Source of the DNA: an uncultured Planctomycetaceae bacterium
GTDB lineage: Bacteria; Planctomycetota; Planctomycetia; Planctomycetales; Planctomycetaceae
NCBI GenBank assembly: GCA_963813715.1
Contig: CAWFAK010000005.1
Location: 1,344,001 to 1,408,000 of the forward strand
Length of the DNA stretch: 64,000 bases
Direction: 5' to 3'
Below, in pieces: positions 32,999 through 43,564 of the stretch. The notes under the pieces were generated by a model. That model was not told the origin of the DNA. It saw only the letters and a list, made by a program, of their open reading frames with translations, and did no database searches. Position 1 is the first letter of the stretch, and every line of letters starts with the position of its first letter. Made by a program: the position numbers and the translations under genes.

Positions 32999-35147
32999 CT
33001 AGTTCGCCATCGCCAGGCGTTCTTCTTTTTCCGCACGGCGACGGGCGATGACATCGTCCTGCAGGCTGTTGGGGACCTGCTTGTAGCGGAAAAACTCCAT
33101 GCTGAAGGAACCTTTGCCCTGCGTCATCGAACGCAGCTCGTTGGCGTAGTCGAACATCGTGGCCAGCGGGACCTCGGCCAGGATCACGCTGACGGCGTTG
33201 CGGACTTCCGTCTGCGTGATGATGCCCCGCTTGCTGGAGATGTGGCCCGTGACCGGTCCCTGAAATTCCTCGGGGACCTCGACCTCGAGCTTCATGATCG
33301 GCTCCTGCAAGGCGAGCTTGGCCTTCTTGAGCGTGTCCCGCATGCAGTTGAAGCCGCAGATGTTGAACGCCATTTCGGACGAGTCGACGTCGTGGTAGGT
33401 GCCGTCCTGCAGGATGGCCCGCACGCCGACGACCGGGCATTCGCAGAGCGGACCTTTGTCGAGGGCCCGCTTGAATCCCTCGTCGACCGGCTTGATGTAC
33501 TCCTTCGGAACGCGGCCCTGCGTGACCTCATTGACGAACTCGTACGGCTCGGCGGCGTCATCGGGGAGCGGTTCGATCTGCCCGACTATGTGCGGCGTAC
33601 TGGCCGGAGCCGCCGGTCTGCTTCTTGTGCTTGAAGTTGAACTCGGCGACTTTCGTCGGGCACTCGCGATAGGCGACTTTCGGCTCGCCGATCAGCGTTT
33701 CGCACTTGTATTCGCGGCGAATCCGCTCGACATAGACTTCCAGATGCAGCTGGCCCATGCCGGCGATCAGCGTCTGACCGGATTCCTGATCGGTCATCAC
33801 GCGGAAGGTGGGATCCTCACGGCGGAAACGCTCGAGGGCCTTCGACAGCCGGTCGGCGCCGTCGCGCTTCAAAGGTTCAATCGACAGGCGGATGACGGGC
33901 TCGGGCACGAAGATGCTCTCCAGAGCCACATCGACGCCCGGGCCGCAGAACGTATCGCCCGAGGCGCAGTCGACGCCGACGACGGCGACGATGTCGCCCG
34001 CTTCGGCCACGTCCACGTCCTCGCGCTGGTCGGCGTGCATCCGGACCAGCCGTCCGAACCGCATTTTCTTGCCGGTGCGCTGGTTAGTGTAGCTTTCGCC
34101 CTTCTGAATCTTGCCCTGGTAAACGCGGAAATAGGTCAGCTGTCCGAACGTCTCGACGACGGTTTTGAACGCCATGGCCACGAGCGGATCGTCGGGCGAA
34201 CTGGTCAGTGGCTTCTTCACTGACTTGGCTCCGTGAGCCGTCGAAACGGCTGCTTCGCCGGCTTCGGGCTTGGCCGTGAGGTCGATCGCTTCGATCTTGC
34301 GGTCCTGCGGGTTGGGCAAGTAGGCGATCACCGCGTCGAGCAGTTCCTGCACGCCCTTGTTGCGGAAGGCCGTGCCCATCATCACGGGAGTTAGCTCTTG
34401 CGAGAGAGTGGCTTCGCGAATGATTGGACGAATTTCGGCGGTGGTGACCGGCCGTTCTTCCAACAGGGCGACCATCAGGTCGTCGCTGTACAGCGACAGC
34501 GTTTCCAACATGTGGGCCCGGGCTTTGGCCGCTTCCTCGGCGTACTCCGCCGGAATCGCTTCGCGGCGGATATCTTCGCCCTGCTCGCCGTCGAAATAGA
34601 CGGCCTGCATCTCGACCAGGTCGATGACGCCGGCAAACTGCGAGCTGAGGCCCATGGGGATCTGCAGCGCGAGGGGCGTTACGCCGAGCTTCTTTTGAAT
34701 TTGATCGATGACCGATGCCGGGTTGGCACCAATGCGGTCCACCTTGTTGATGAAAGCGATGCGGGGGACGCCGTACCGCTTCATCTGGCGATCGACGGTG
34801 AGCGACTGGCTCTGCACACCACCGACGGCGCACAGCACGAGTACAGCGCCGTCGAGAACCCGCAGGCTGCGCTCGACCTCGACCGTGAAGTCGACGTGGC
34901 CAGGCGTATCGATGACGTTAATCGAGTGGTCTTCCCATTCGACCTGGGTCGAGGCGGAGGTAATGGTAATTCCCCGCTCGCGCTCGAGGTCCATGTAGTC
35001 CATGGTCGCGCCGCCGTCGCCTCCCTTGACCTCCTGCATCCGATGGATCCGGCCGCAGTAGTAGAGAATCCGCTCCGTCAGGGTGGTCTTCCCCGAGTCG
35101 ATATGGGCGGAGATTCCGATGTTGCGATGGTGATCTAGGCTTTTCAT
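32999..35147 (-). CDS. fusA: elongation factor G (spdEFG1-type); one extra base near 33593
   Basis: [61 protein letters not shown] and LRSMTQGKG. Removing one G joins the two ORFs ([11 protein letters not shown]). Confidence 0.95.
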
Positions 35148-35801
35148 GGAAAACAACTTACGTCAAAAACCACTCAACCGGGCAACGTTGCCGTAGCCAC
35201 CGATGGCTGCGGGATCTGCCCAGAAAACTGAAACTGGAAGGGCCCCGATTGCAAAAATCGAGTCACGGACGGCCCACAACACGCCCTAAAACGGCCGCGG
35301 TAGCGACGTCGTCGCCAGCCACACAGGCGAGTTGACCGCACCGCGACCTTCACCACTCAACGAACGGGCGAACGGTTCTGGCGGGTCAGGGTGAACGTAA
35401 CATCCTATCCGGTTAGGTGATCTGCGGGAAGGGGAATTAGCCCGATCGACCACCCACCACCGCTGAATTCATAGGTTTTTTATAGTTTGTTCGCAAGGTT
35501 GCCGAGAGCGGACTCACCTCGACCCGAGCCTTGGCATTCCGCGGAACGGCCCGTCCGGTCGCGGTTTTGTCCGGACAGCCGCCTCGGTCGGCCCGAACCA
35601 CCCCACCGATCGGCCCGAAACGACATTGCTGCAATCCGAGCCGCGACATACATTTCGCCCGCTAACCGCGTCCCGGTCGCCGCACGGGATGGCTTTCGAT
35701 CAGCCTTGCGATCACCGGCTTTAGCTTCGTTTTGCTTCGCAGGCCGCGACTCGCGATCCCGCCTCGCGGCCCGACGCTCTCGCATAACGGGTGCGATCTC
35801 C

Positions 35802-36539
35802 GTGACTGATATCGGCAATCGGCGAACAAGGATTGCAGCGGCAGCGCTCATTGCCGTAACGGTCGGGGTCGGGGCAGCCGGCTGCCTGGGCCTGGACGTC
35901 GGCGGCACGTTTCGCTGGCCCGGCACGAAGACCGACCCGCAGCAGGCGGCCGCCATGGCGGTTGCCTGGCAGAACGACATACAAAAGAGGAACGGCAAGA
36001 ATCTGATGCGCGGCTTTCAAGGCAAGGTGCAATTCTTTGCCGCCGTCCCCAAGCCGACCGGGAAAGATACCGACAAGCAGCCACTGCCGCCGCCGAAGGC
36101 GGTCCCCGTCGACGGAACTCTTACGGTCTACGCATTCGAAGAGAGAGCCGACGGAAAAGAAGGGGCTGGCCCCCCGAAGAAATATGTCTTCGCGGGAAAA
36201 GACCTCAAACGCGTGCATCGGGAAGGCCCACAAGGGCCCGAATACAATGTCTGGCTCGCCTGGGACAAAGCGGGCGGGCCGGAACGACACATTCGCCTGC
36301 TGATGCGGTTCGATCCGGCCGGCGGCGGACAACCTGTCATGTCCGATAACTCGCGGGAAGTGCTGCCCGGCATCACCGTGCAGTTTGCCGGCCCGGCGCC
36401 GGCAACGCGGAAAGCTCCGGCCGATTCGTCCGGACGTCCCGTTACCGATCCCGACTTCCCCGGCGAAGCCAACGCGAGTCGCGATGCGAAGCCGCCGGAA
36501 TCCCCGGCGACCGCTCCGCGGCTCGACGACACTCACTAG
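35802..36539 (+). CDS. hypothetical lipoprotein
   Basis: GTG start, signal peptide ending AAGC, RGF.G.V.FF...V.VDG.LTVYAF...Y.VW..WD core. Confidence 0.7.
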   Translation: MTDIGNRRTRIAAAALIAVTVGVGAAGCLGLDVGGTFRWPGTKTDPQQAAAMAVAWQNDIQKRNGKNLMRGFQGKVQFFAAVPKPTGKDTDKQPLPPPKAVPVDGTLTVYAFEERADGKEGAGPPKKYVFAGKDLKRVHREGPQGPEYNVWLAWDKAGGPERHIRLLMRFDPAGGGQPVMSDNSREVLPGITVQFAGPAPATRKAPADSSGRPVTDPDFPGEANASRDAKPPESPATAPRLDDTH

Positions 36540-36611
36540 ATCGCGCAGCGACGCGATCCTTGTGCTGTGCGTTTCTGCCTGGCCGCCTCGTCCGGCCGAG
36601 TCATCTGCTCA

Positions 36612-37061
36612 TTACTGCTTCGCTAATGGCTTGGTTTGCCCGGTGCCTGACTTGATCAGCGCCGTTCGCGTCCGCAAGCGGGGCGGCGCCAGGATCAATG
36701 TCAACACGACCAACGCACCAAACGCGCTATAGATCCACGTAAAAACCACAGGCTCCGCGCGATAGAACAGGACCTGATGCACCCACCTGGCGATGAAGTC
36801 GCCTTGTTCCACGGATTGTCCCGCCTGTTCCCGCAACCAGTTTTCCCAGGTCGTCAGCGGGCAGACGATGCCTGACCACGACTCGAACACGACCACGCCG
36901 ATCGCTGCGAGGTGGAGCAGGCGAAAGGTCCGATTACGAACCCAGTCCCACTTGAACAGGATGCCGAGCAGCACCGCCAGTTCGCCTAGGATCACGAAGG
37001 CGACGTAGCCAACGTGCAGCACCACGACCAAGTCGGCCAGGGCGACGTACAGAGACTCCAT
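36612..37061 (-). CDS. DUF2784-like membrane protein
   Basis: LAD.V..LH, HLAAI, CPLT.WE.WLR and FI..W motifs. Confidence 0.85.
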   Translation of the reverse strand: MESLYVALADLVVVLHVGYVAFVILGELAVLLGILFKWDWVRNRTFRLLHLAAIGVVVFESWSGIVCPLTTWENWLREQAGQSVEQGDFIARWVHQVLFYRAEPVVFTWIYSAFGALVVLTLILAPPRLRTRTALIKSGTGQTKPLAKQ

Positions 37062-37199
37062 ACAAATGAGAAGCCTCTGACGGCCAGTTTATTCCCGCCA
37101 TTTTTTCCACAGCGTGCAGCCACGTACGGCGGAACGACCGCGCAAACAGCCGGCCTCGACAATTCGGTCAGCCGGTAGCCAGACCAATCGCCGCCACCG

Positions 37200-38238
37200 T
37201 CAGCGCAACTTTTGGAGCTGCTGCTTCACGTCGCGAGCGCGACGGGCTGACTCGCTCTGCGGGTCGAGGGCGATGGCCTGATCGAGCAGCTTGGCGGACT
37301 TCTGCCGATCGTTGAGACCACAATAGGCCTGACCCTTGAAAGCCAGCAGCCGTTGCAGCTGGTCGCGCGACGGTTTGGCTTCGGCCATGAGCAAGTCAAG
37401 CCGCGCCAAGGCCGCCTGGTACTGGCGCCGATCCATCAGTGGCGAGACTTCAGCCTGGATCGCGCAATCGATCTTACGATGGAGGACGGCCGCCTCGTAC
37501 TTCGCCCGCAGCCCGGCCTTGTTCTGCGGATCGAGTTCGGTGACGCGCAGCTGCAGATCGGCATACTCCGCGTCGGCCAGAGGACCGACGGCTTTCAGAA
37601 CGGCGTCCAAGTGGCGTGCGCACTCGGTGCCCGTTGTCACGGCGGCGAGTGTCAATTCGCGGTCGCGCCGCACATGCATCTGCCGCAACCGGTCGAACTC
37701 GCGCCGATACCCCGACACGCGCTGCGTGATCAGCTCGGAACTCGCATAGGGAATGCCCTTGGAATCCAACAACGCAAACGTCGGAAACCGGGTGACCGCC
37801 ATCCGCGTGAGCACACGACTCACCCACGCGACCGTCCTGTCCGGCATTCGAGTCGACACCGTCAGCCGCAGCAGCACGAACGCAGTCCCCTCGCGATTGA
37901 GGAACAGCTCGCTGTCGACCAACGTCGCCGAGGGCGCTGCGGCGGTTTCCGGATCGCTCCCAGCGACGGGTCGAGCGAATTCGAGCAGGATGTCTTTGTG
38001 TTCGGCTTTGGCGACGGCTTTGGCGGCTCGCAGATCGTCAAGCCATTTGGGCAGAGCGGGAGAGTCGGTTCGCTTAGGCGAGGCGGGCGTTAGCGAGGCG
38101 GTTTTGGGCGGGGCGGGAGGACGATGCGGTTTGAGCACAAAATCGAAGACCACTGCGCCCATCGCGCAGAATGCCAATAGGCCCAGACCGCGCAGAATCG
38201 GTGCCAGAGTTCTGATGCCAGAGTCCTTTGCTCTTCAT
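37200..38238 (-). CDS. thioredoxin-like fold plus TPR protein lacking CxxC (probable 5' frameshift)
   Basis: W..DL.AAKA.AKAEHKDILLEF, V.RFPT..LLD.KG.PYA and a C-terminal TPR (LDQAIALDPQS). ATG 38238 is one base out of frame with the body. Confidence 0.65.
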
Positions 38239-38489
38239 GGAGGCGACTCCGAAGTTGCCGTACAGCACGGCGAAACGGACACGCTTGGAATACCGACAGT
38301 GGACAATGCAAACCTGGTGCCGCTTCGCCCAATCGTCGACGCGCCTGCGCTGCATCGTTTGCCGGCTCAAGTGCTTAGGCTCGGGTACCAGTTTGCCCGA
38401 TCGCGGGCGTGCTGAATTTATTGTGGGCAGATCCGCCACGACCGTAGGCAGAATTCGTGAGAAAAGATTCGCAGCGACAGGCACACTTT

Positions 38490-40376
38490 TCAGCGGAAAA
38501 GGCGCGTCGGAATGCGGCGAATGCTCTTGGAGAGCCGCGACACGCGAATCGCCGGACGCTGCGTTTCGTCCTGCTTGATGCGCCGCCGATAGGTCGAAAG
38601 GATGTCGCTTCGCGTCACGATGCCGATGAGTTGCGTCGGTTGATCGCGTCGCACCACGGGCAAACGGCCGATGTTGTGGTTGACCATGTGGTCGGCTGCC
38701 TGGCGCACGGTGCAATCGTCGTAGACAAATTTCAGCGGCCGCGTCAGCAGTTCACGCAGAGGCGTCCCATCCTGCGCGGTTTCCGCCTGGAGATCTCGGC
38801 GGGTCAGCACTCCAACCAGATATCCACGCGCGTCGACAAGCGGAAAGCCCTGATGCCGCGCGGCTTCGACGTTAGAAGCCAACCAGGTGCGGGCGGTCGT
38901 CACGCTGTCGTCGGCCTGCAGTGTGACCACCGGCTGCGAAGCGATTTCGGCGACCGTGACTTGCTCGAGCGGATCGGGAACGTAGTCGGCCGGAGTGCGA
39001 ATCCCGCGGCGCGCAATCTTTTCGGTCATGATCGAATGCTTGCTCACCAGACTGGCGACGAGATAGCTGGCCGCACAACCCGCCAACAAGGGCAGCAGCC
39101 CGTGCGGTTGACACGTCGTCTCGTACGCAAACACGGCCGAGGCCAGAAAGGCACGCGACGCGCCGGCGAAAGTGGCCGCCATTCCCACGAGCGCCGCCAG
39201 TCGCAGGTCGATGCCGGCAAAGGGGAGGCACCACATCGCCGCCGCTCCCAGCACTTGCCCGCACCCCGCGCCGATCGTGAGCAACGGAGCCAGCGTCCCC
39301 CCCGAAGTTCCGCTGCCCAGCGAGATCGACCACGAAAGAAACTTCATCAGGCACAGCATGATCACCACGCGGAGCGCCAGATTCTGGTCGAGGATCGAGC
39401 GGATGTTGTAGTAACCGACGCCCAAAGTGTCCGGATAGAAATAGCCAATCACTCCGACCGCCACGGCCCCCAACGCGGGCCACCACATCCAATGGATGGG
39501 CAGGTGATCGAACGTGTCCTCAATCGAATAGACGATTCGGTTGATGCCCGCCGCGACCAGGCCCAGCACCAGTCCCAGGACGGCGTAAAACGCCAGGGCC
39601 GACAGCGGCACGGGCGAGAGATCGCTCATGGCGAAGACCGGGTCGTGACCAAAGATCAAGAGTCGCACGCCGGCCGCCGTCGCGCTCGCCAGCGCGACAG
39701 GAATGATCGAGCGCGCACGAAACTCGAAGAGCAACAATTCGAGCGCCAGGAGGACCGCCGACACCGGGCTGCCGAAAGTCCCCGCCATGCCCGCGGCCGC
39801 TCCGGCGGCGAGCAGTGTTTTGCGTTCCGACGGTGTCGTATAGGTAAGCTGACCGAACAGTGATCCCAAGGCGCCGCCCGTCGCGATGATCGGACCTTCC
39901 GCACCGAACGGCCCGCCGGTGCCGATCGAGACGGCCGCCGACAACGGCTTCAAAAACGTAACGCGGGCGGGGATGCGGCTGTCCTTGGTGAGCACGCCCT
40001 CCATCGCTTCGGGAATTCCATGGCCGCGGATGGCTTTCGATCCGAATCGCGCCATCACGCCGACGATCAACCCGCCCACAATCGGCACACCGATCGCCCA
40101 GATGCCCAGTGCATTACCGGCCGGGCTCACCGCGTCCGCAGAGACGCGATGGTAGTAGGCGAGATTCGTGATGAAGTCGATCAGCAGAATCAGAACCTTG
40201 GCCACGAAGGCCGCCAACGCGCCCAGCGCGATGGCCCCGACACAGAACTTCACCGTGCGGCGATCGACGACGGACGCTTCCGGTGGAACGTGCTCGGCTT
40301 CGCTCACCAGGTCGAGCGAGGGAGAGATGGTCAGCCCGTCCGTGGTCGCGGAATGGGCGTTCTCTTTCTTGATCAT
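38490..40376 (-). CDS. ClC-family chloride channel/transporter with two CBS domains
   Basis: GHGIP, GAEGP, GAAAGMA..FGSP, GTSGGTLAP and a C-terminal CBS pair (GFPLVD, RLPVV, GIVTRSD). Confidence 0.92.
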   Translation of the reverse strand: MIKKENAHSATTDGLTISPSLDLVSEAEHVPPEASVVDRRTVKFCVGAIALGALAAFVAKVLILLIDFITNLAYYHRVSADAVSPAGNALGIWAIGVPIVGGLIVGVMARFGSKAIRGHGIPEAMEGVLTKDSRIPARVTFLKPLSAAVSIGTGGPFGAEGPIIATGGALGSLFGQLTYTTPSERKTLLAAGAAAGMAGTFGSPVSAVLLALELLLFEFRARSIIPVALASATAAGVRLLIFGHDPVFAMSDLSPVPLSALAFYAVLGLVLGLVAAGINRIVYSIEDTFDHLPIHWMWWPALGAVAVGVIGYFYPDTLGVGYYNIRSILDQNLALRVVIMLCLMKFLSWSISLGSGTSGGTLAPLLTIGAGCGQVLGAAAMWCLPFAGIDLRLAALVGMAATFAGASRAFLASAVFAYETTCQPHGLLPLLAGCAASYLVASLVSKHSIMTEKIARRGIRTPADYVPDPLEQVTVAEIASQPVVTLQADDSVTTARTWLASNVEAARHQGFPLVDARGYLVGVLTRRDLQAETAQDGTPLRELLTRPLKFVYDDCTVRQAADHMVNHNIGRLPVVRRDQPTQLIGIVTRSDILSTYRRRIKQDETQRPAIRVSRLSKSIRRIPTRLFR

Positions 40377-40570
40377 TCAAAATGCCTCTCACCGTGGAAA
40401 CGGTTGGACATCTGTCTGTCCGGCAGGGCATGCAGGCGGGGAGTTGCGGCGAGATCCCCAACGACTGGCGCGGAATCGGAATCCCGCCGCGGTGGGTACT
40501 CAATGTTGGGCTTAGCACAAAAACCGAAATCGCTCAACGCGGAGCAATGAAGAAAGCGAGACCGATAGCG

Positions 40571-41397
40571 CTACGGGCTAACGATCGTCCCGGTCTCGGG
40601 GCTGCTCGCCGTCGCATACAGCTTTTTGGGAATGCGCCCGCGAGCCAGGCTTTGCGGCCGGCAATGCAGGCCAGCCGCATCGCCGTTGCCATGGTGAGGG
40701 GATCGCGCGCGCTGGCGATGCCCGTGTTGAGCAGCACTCCGTCGCAGCCAAGCTCCATCGCTACGCTGACGTCGCTGGCCGTGCCGACGCCCGCGTCGAT
40801 GATCACGGGATAATTCTTGTCGTTCTCTTTGAGCGACTCGAGGCAGATGCGGATGTTATTAGGATTGAGCACGCCCTGGCCGCTGCCAATCGGGCTGCCG
40901 GCAGGCATCACCGACGTCGCGCCCGCCTCTTTAAGTCGCCGCGCCGAGATCGGATCGTCGGTCGTGTAGCAGAGGACCTGGAAGCCTTCCTTGACCAAGA
41001 TCTCCGTCGCCCGCAGCGTGGCCACCGTATCGGGCAAGAGCGTCCGCTTGTCGCCGAGCACTTCGAGCTTGACCCAATCCGCCCCCGGATTCTCGAGGCC
41101 CAGCAGAATCTCGCGGCCGAGGCGAGCCACGCGAACCGCGTCTTCGGCCGTGAAGCAGCCGGCCGTGTTCGGCAGGATCGTGAATCGCGAGAGGTCGATG
41201 AAGTCGAGGATGCTGCGACCCTGCGCGTCGATCAACCGCTCGCGCCGCACGGCCACCGTCACAACCTCGGCACCACTGGCGTCGAGGCAGTCGCGCATCA
41301 ATTCGTAGGTGGCGTATTTGCCGGTGCCGACAATCAGCCGCGACTCGAATGTGTGCGAGCCGAGGACGAGCGGCGATTCACAATGAGTGGCGGTCAC
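40571..41397 (-). CDS. thiG: thiazole synthase (frameshift near 40636)
   Basis: [35 protein letters not shown] and DAGVG..SD. The C-terminus [12 protein letters not shown] lies in the shifted frame. Confidence 0.95.
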
Positions 41398-41516
41398 GGT
41401 TGATCTCGGAGATGTCTGCACTCGACTGTATGAACACGTCTCGACTGCATGGTCACGCGCCCACATCTTTCACTGATTTCGGCGTCATGATTTCGGCATC
41501 ATAGTTGATGGCCAAC

Positions 41517-41720
41517 TCAGCCGCCCCCCACCAGCGTGACAATCTCGATGTGATCGCCGGGCTCGAGCATACAGGCGGCATGCTGGCCGCGCGGAACCAG
41601 ATCGCGGTTCCGTTCGACGGCCACCAGACGCGGCTGCATCTTGAGCTGCACCAAGAGCCCGGCGACGGTCGTGTCCGCCGGGACCTCGTGCGGCTCTCCA
41701 TTGACGATCAGTTGGATCAT
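41517..41720 (-). CDS. thiS: sulfur carrier protein
   Basis: MIQLIVNGE...VAVERN..LVPR...GD.IEIVTLVGGG, directly upstream of thiG. Confidence 0.95.
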   Translation of the reverse strand: MIQLIVNGEPHEVPADTTVAGLLVQLKMQPRLVAVERNRDLVPRGQHAACMLEPGDHIEIVTLVGGG

Positions 41721-42074
41721 GATTGCGATTCGGTTGTCGGCCTGACCCTTGCTCGTGGTCTTTCCCCGAATCGGCCCCCCATTTGCGTCTACACGGAGAC
41801 CGCCGGCTGACGAGCTGGCATTTTCGCTTCGGAAACACTGATTCTCGCACAGTTCGCCCAATTTGGGGAGCGCGCGGCCTCTGACAGGAATGACCGCGCC
41901 GGGAGTTACTGCGCGATTTGTGGGCACGCTGTGCCAACGGGCGGCGCGGCTCCCGTCAAAAGAGATTGCACTCTCGCCTGGATCGGTTAAGCTCGAATTT
42001 GCGCGCTCGCGCGATGAGGTCGTGTAAAGCGCGTCCCAGGCTACACTGCAGGCCGCGCACAAAGGCTGCCAGCC

Positions 42075-42629
42075 ATGTCGACCGCCAAGACACTCGACGG
42101 CAATCGCGTGCTGATCTTCGTTGCCGACGAGTACGAAGACCTCGAGCTGTGGTATCCCAAGCTGCGACTCGAAGAAGCGGGCGTCCATGTCACGGTCGCC
42201 GGCCCCGAGGCGGGCAAGACCTACCGCGGCAAGCATGGCTATCCCTGCGTGGCCGATGCGGCCATCGGCGACATGGAAGCGACCGACTTCCAAGGAGTTG
42301 TCTGTCCAGGCGGTTGGATGCCGGATAAGATTCGCCGAGACCCCCGCGTGCTGGCTCTCGTCCGCGAGTGCTCCGAAGCGGGCAAACTGGTGGCGGCCAT
42401 TTGTCATGGTGGCTGGATCCCGATTTCGGCTGGAATTTACCGCGGGGTCAAGGTGACCGGTTCGCCGGGTATCAAGGATGATCTCGTGAATGCCGGCGCG
42501 GTTTGGCACGACGCCCCGCTCATTGTCGACCGGCATTTCGTGTCGAGTCGCAAGCCGGCCGACCTGCCGGAATTCATGACGGGCGTGCTGCGCGTTTTGT
42601 CGCACTCGGCCAAGGCGGTCGCGCGATGA
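42075..42629 (+). CDS. pfpI: PfpI/DJ-1 family protease/deglycase
   Basis: YEDLE.WYP, PGG..PD, AAICHG and SR.P.DLP motifs. Confidence 0.9.
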   Translation: MSTAKTLDGNRVLIFVADEYEDLELWYPKLRLEEAGVHVTVAGPEAGKTYRGKHGYPCVADAAIGDMEATDFQGVVCPGGWMPDKIRRDPRVLALVRECSEAGKLVAAICHGGWIPISAGIYRGVKVTGSPGIKDDLVNAGAVWHDAPLIVDRHFVSSRKPADLPEFMTGVLRVLSHSAKAVAR

Positions 42630-43459
42630 AGGTGCCGGCCCGGATCGCCTGCCTGCTCTTTGCGGCCGCGCTCGGCTCGCTGGCCTGCCTCACGTCTCGG
42701 AGCGACGCCGTGGAGATTATCGGCCATCGCGGGGCATCGCACGATGCTCCCGAGAACACGCTCGCCTCGATCCGCCTGGCGTGGAAGCAGAACGCCGACG
42801 CGTCCGAAACCGACGTGCACCTCACCAAAGACGGTCAGATCGTGGTGATTCATGACTTCACGACCCGCCGGGTCGGCGGCCGCAATAAAAAGGTCGTCGA
42901 CCAGACGCTGGCGGAACTCAAAGAGCTCGACATCGGCCGCTGGAAGGGCGAGCAGTTTGCCGGCGAGCGGATCCCCACTTTGTCCGAATACCTGGACGCC
43001 ATTCCCAAGGGGAAGCGGCTGTTCATCGAGATCAAATGCGGCCCGGAGATCGTGCCGCCGCTGGGCGCCGTCCTACGTGCGGCCCACAAGCGGCCCGAGC
43101 AAACCTGCCTGATCGGCTTCTCGTACGACGTCATGAAAGCCGCCAAGCGCGAACTCCCCGAGCTAAAATGCTATTGGATCGTCGAATTGCGGAAGAACCG
43201 GGAAACGGGCCGGTGGACCCCGCAATTGGCAACCCTGATCAAAAAGGCCAAAGACGCCGGCTTGGACGGAATCGATTTTGGCGACGCGCCCGTGCTGGAT
43301 CGGGAATTTATCAGCAAGGTGAAGCAAGCGGGGCTCGGCGTTTATACCTGGACGGTCGATTCCGTACAGGAGGCAATGCGTTTGCAACAGGCCGGCGTCG
43401 ATGGGATTACCACCAATCGACCCGGCTTCCTGAAGGAGTCGCTGATGGGCCATCCCTGA
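42626..43459 (+). CDS. glycerophosphodiester phosphodiesterase with signal peptide
   Basis: IGHRGAS..APENT, ETDVHLTKDG..VVIHD, IEIK, WTVD and GVDGITTN motifs. Confidence 0.92.
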   Translation: MKVPARIACLLFAAALGSLACLTSRSDAVEIIGHRGASHDAPENTLASIRLAWKQNADASETDVHLTKDGQIVVIHDFTTRRVGGRNKKVVDQTLAELKELDIGRWKGEQFAGERIPTLSEYLDAIPKGKRLFIEIKCGPEIVPPLGAVLRAAHKRPEQTCLIGFSYDVMKAAKRELPELKCYWIVELRKNRETGRWTPQLATLIKKAKDAGLDGIDFGDAPVLDREFISKVKQAGLGVYTWTVDSVQEAMRLQQAGVDGITTNRPGFLKESLMGHP

Positions 43460-43564
43460 ACCCAGGGATGCGGGTCTTCGCTGTCCCGGCACCGGTCCTG
43501 CCATGAGATCGGCGCTGGATGGGGCCAGCGATTCACGGAATGATTCCTGTCGGAGTCTGATCGA

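Noticed and set aside
33558..33600. Programmed frameshift in fusA (also thiG, pfkB and the glycosyltransferase)
   Set aside because: No slippery heptamer at the fusA break. Indels are scattered across unrelated genes, which fits assembly error better.
40377..40570. Fluoride riboswitch upstream of ClC
   Set aside because: No GGCGATGG..CGCC / GCTGATG motif, and the protein lacks ClC-F signatures.
41720..42070. TPP riboswitch upstream of thiS-thiG
   Set aside because: I could not find the CTGAGA or ACCTGA cores on the minus strand.
41517..42605. 362-aa ThiS fusion in the ORF track
   Set aside because: The extension is antisense to pfpI. Only the last 67 codons are ThiS.
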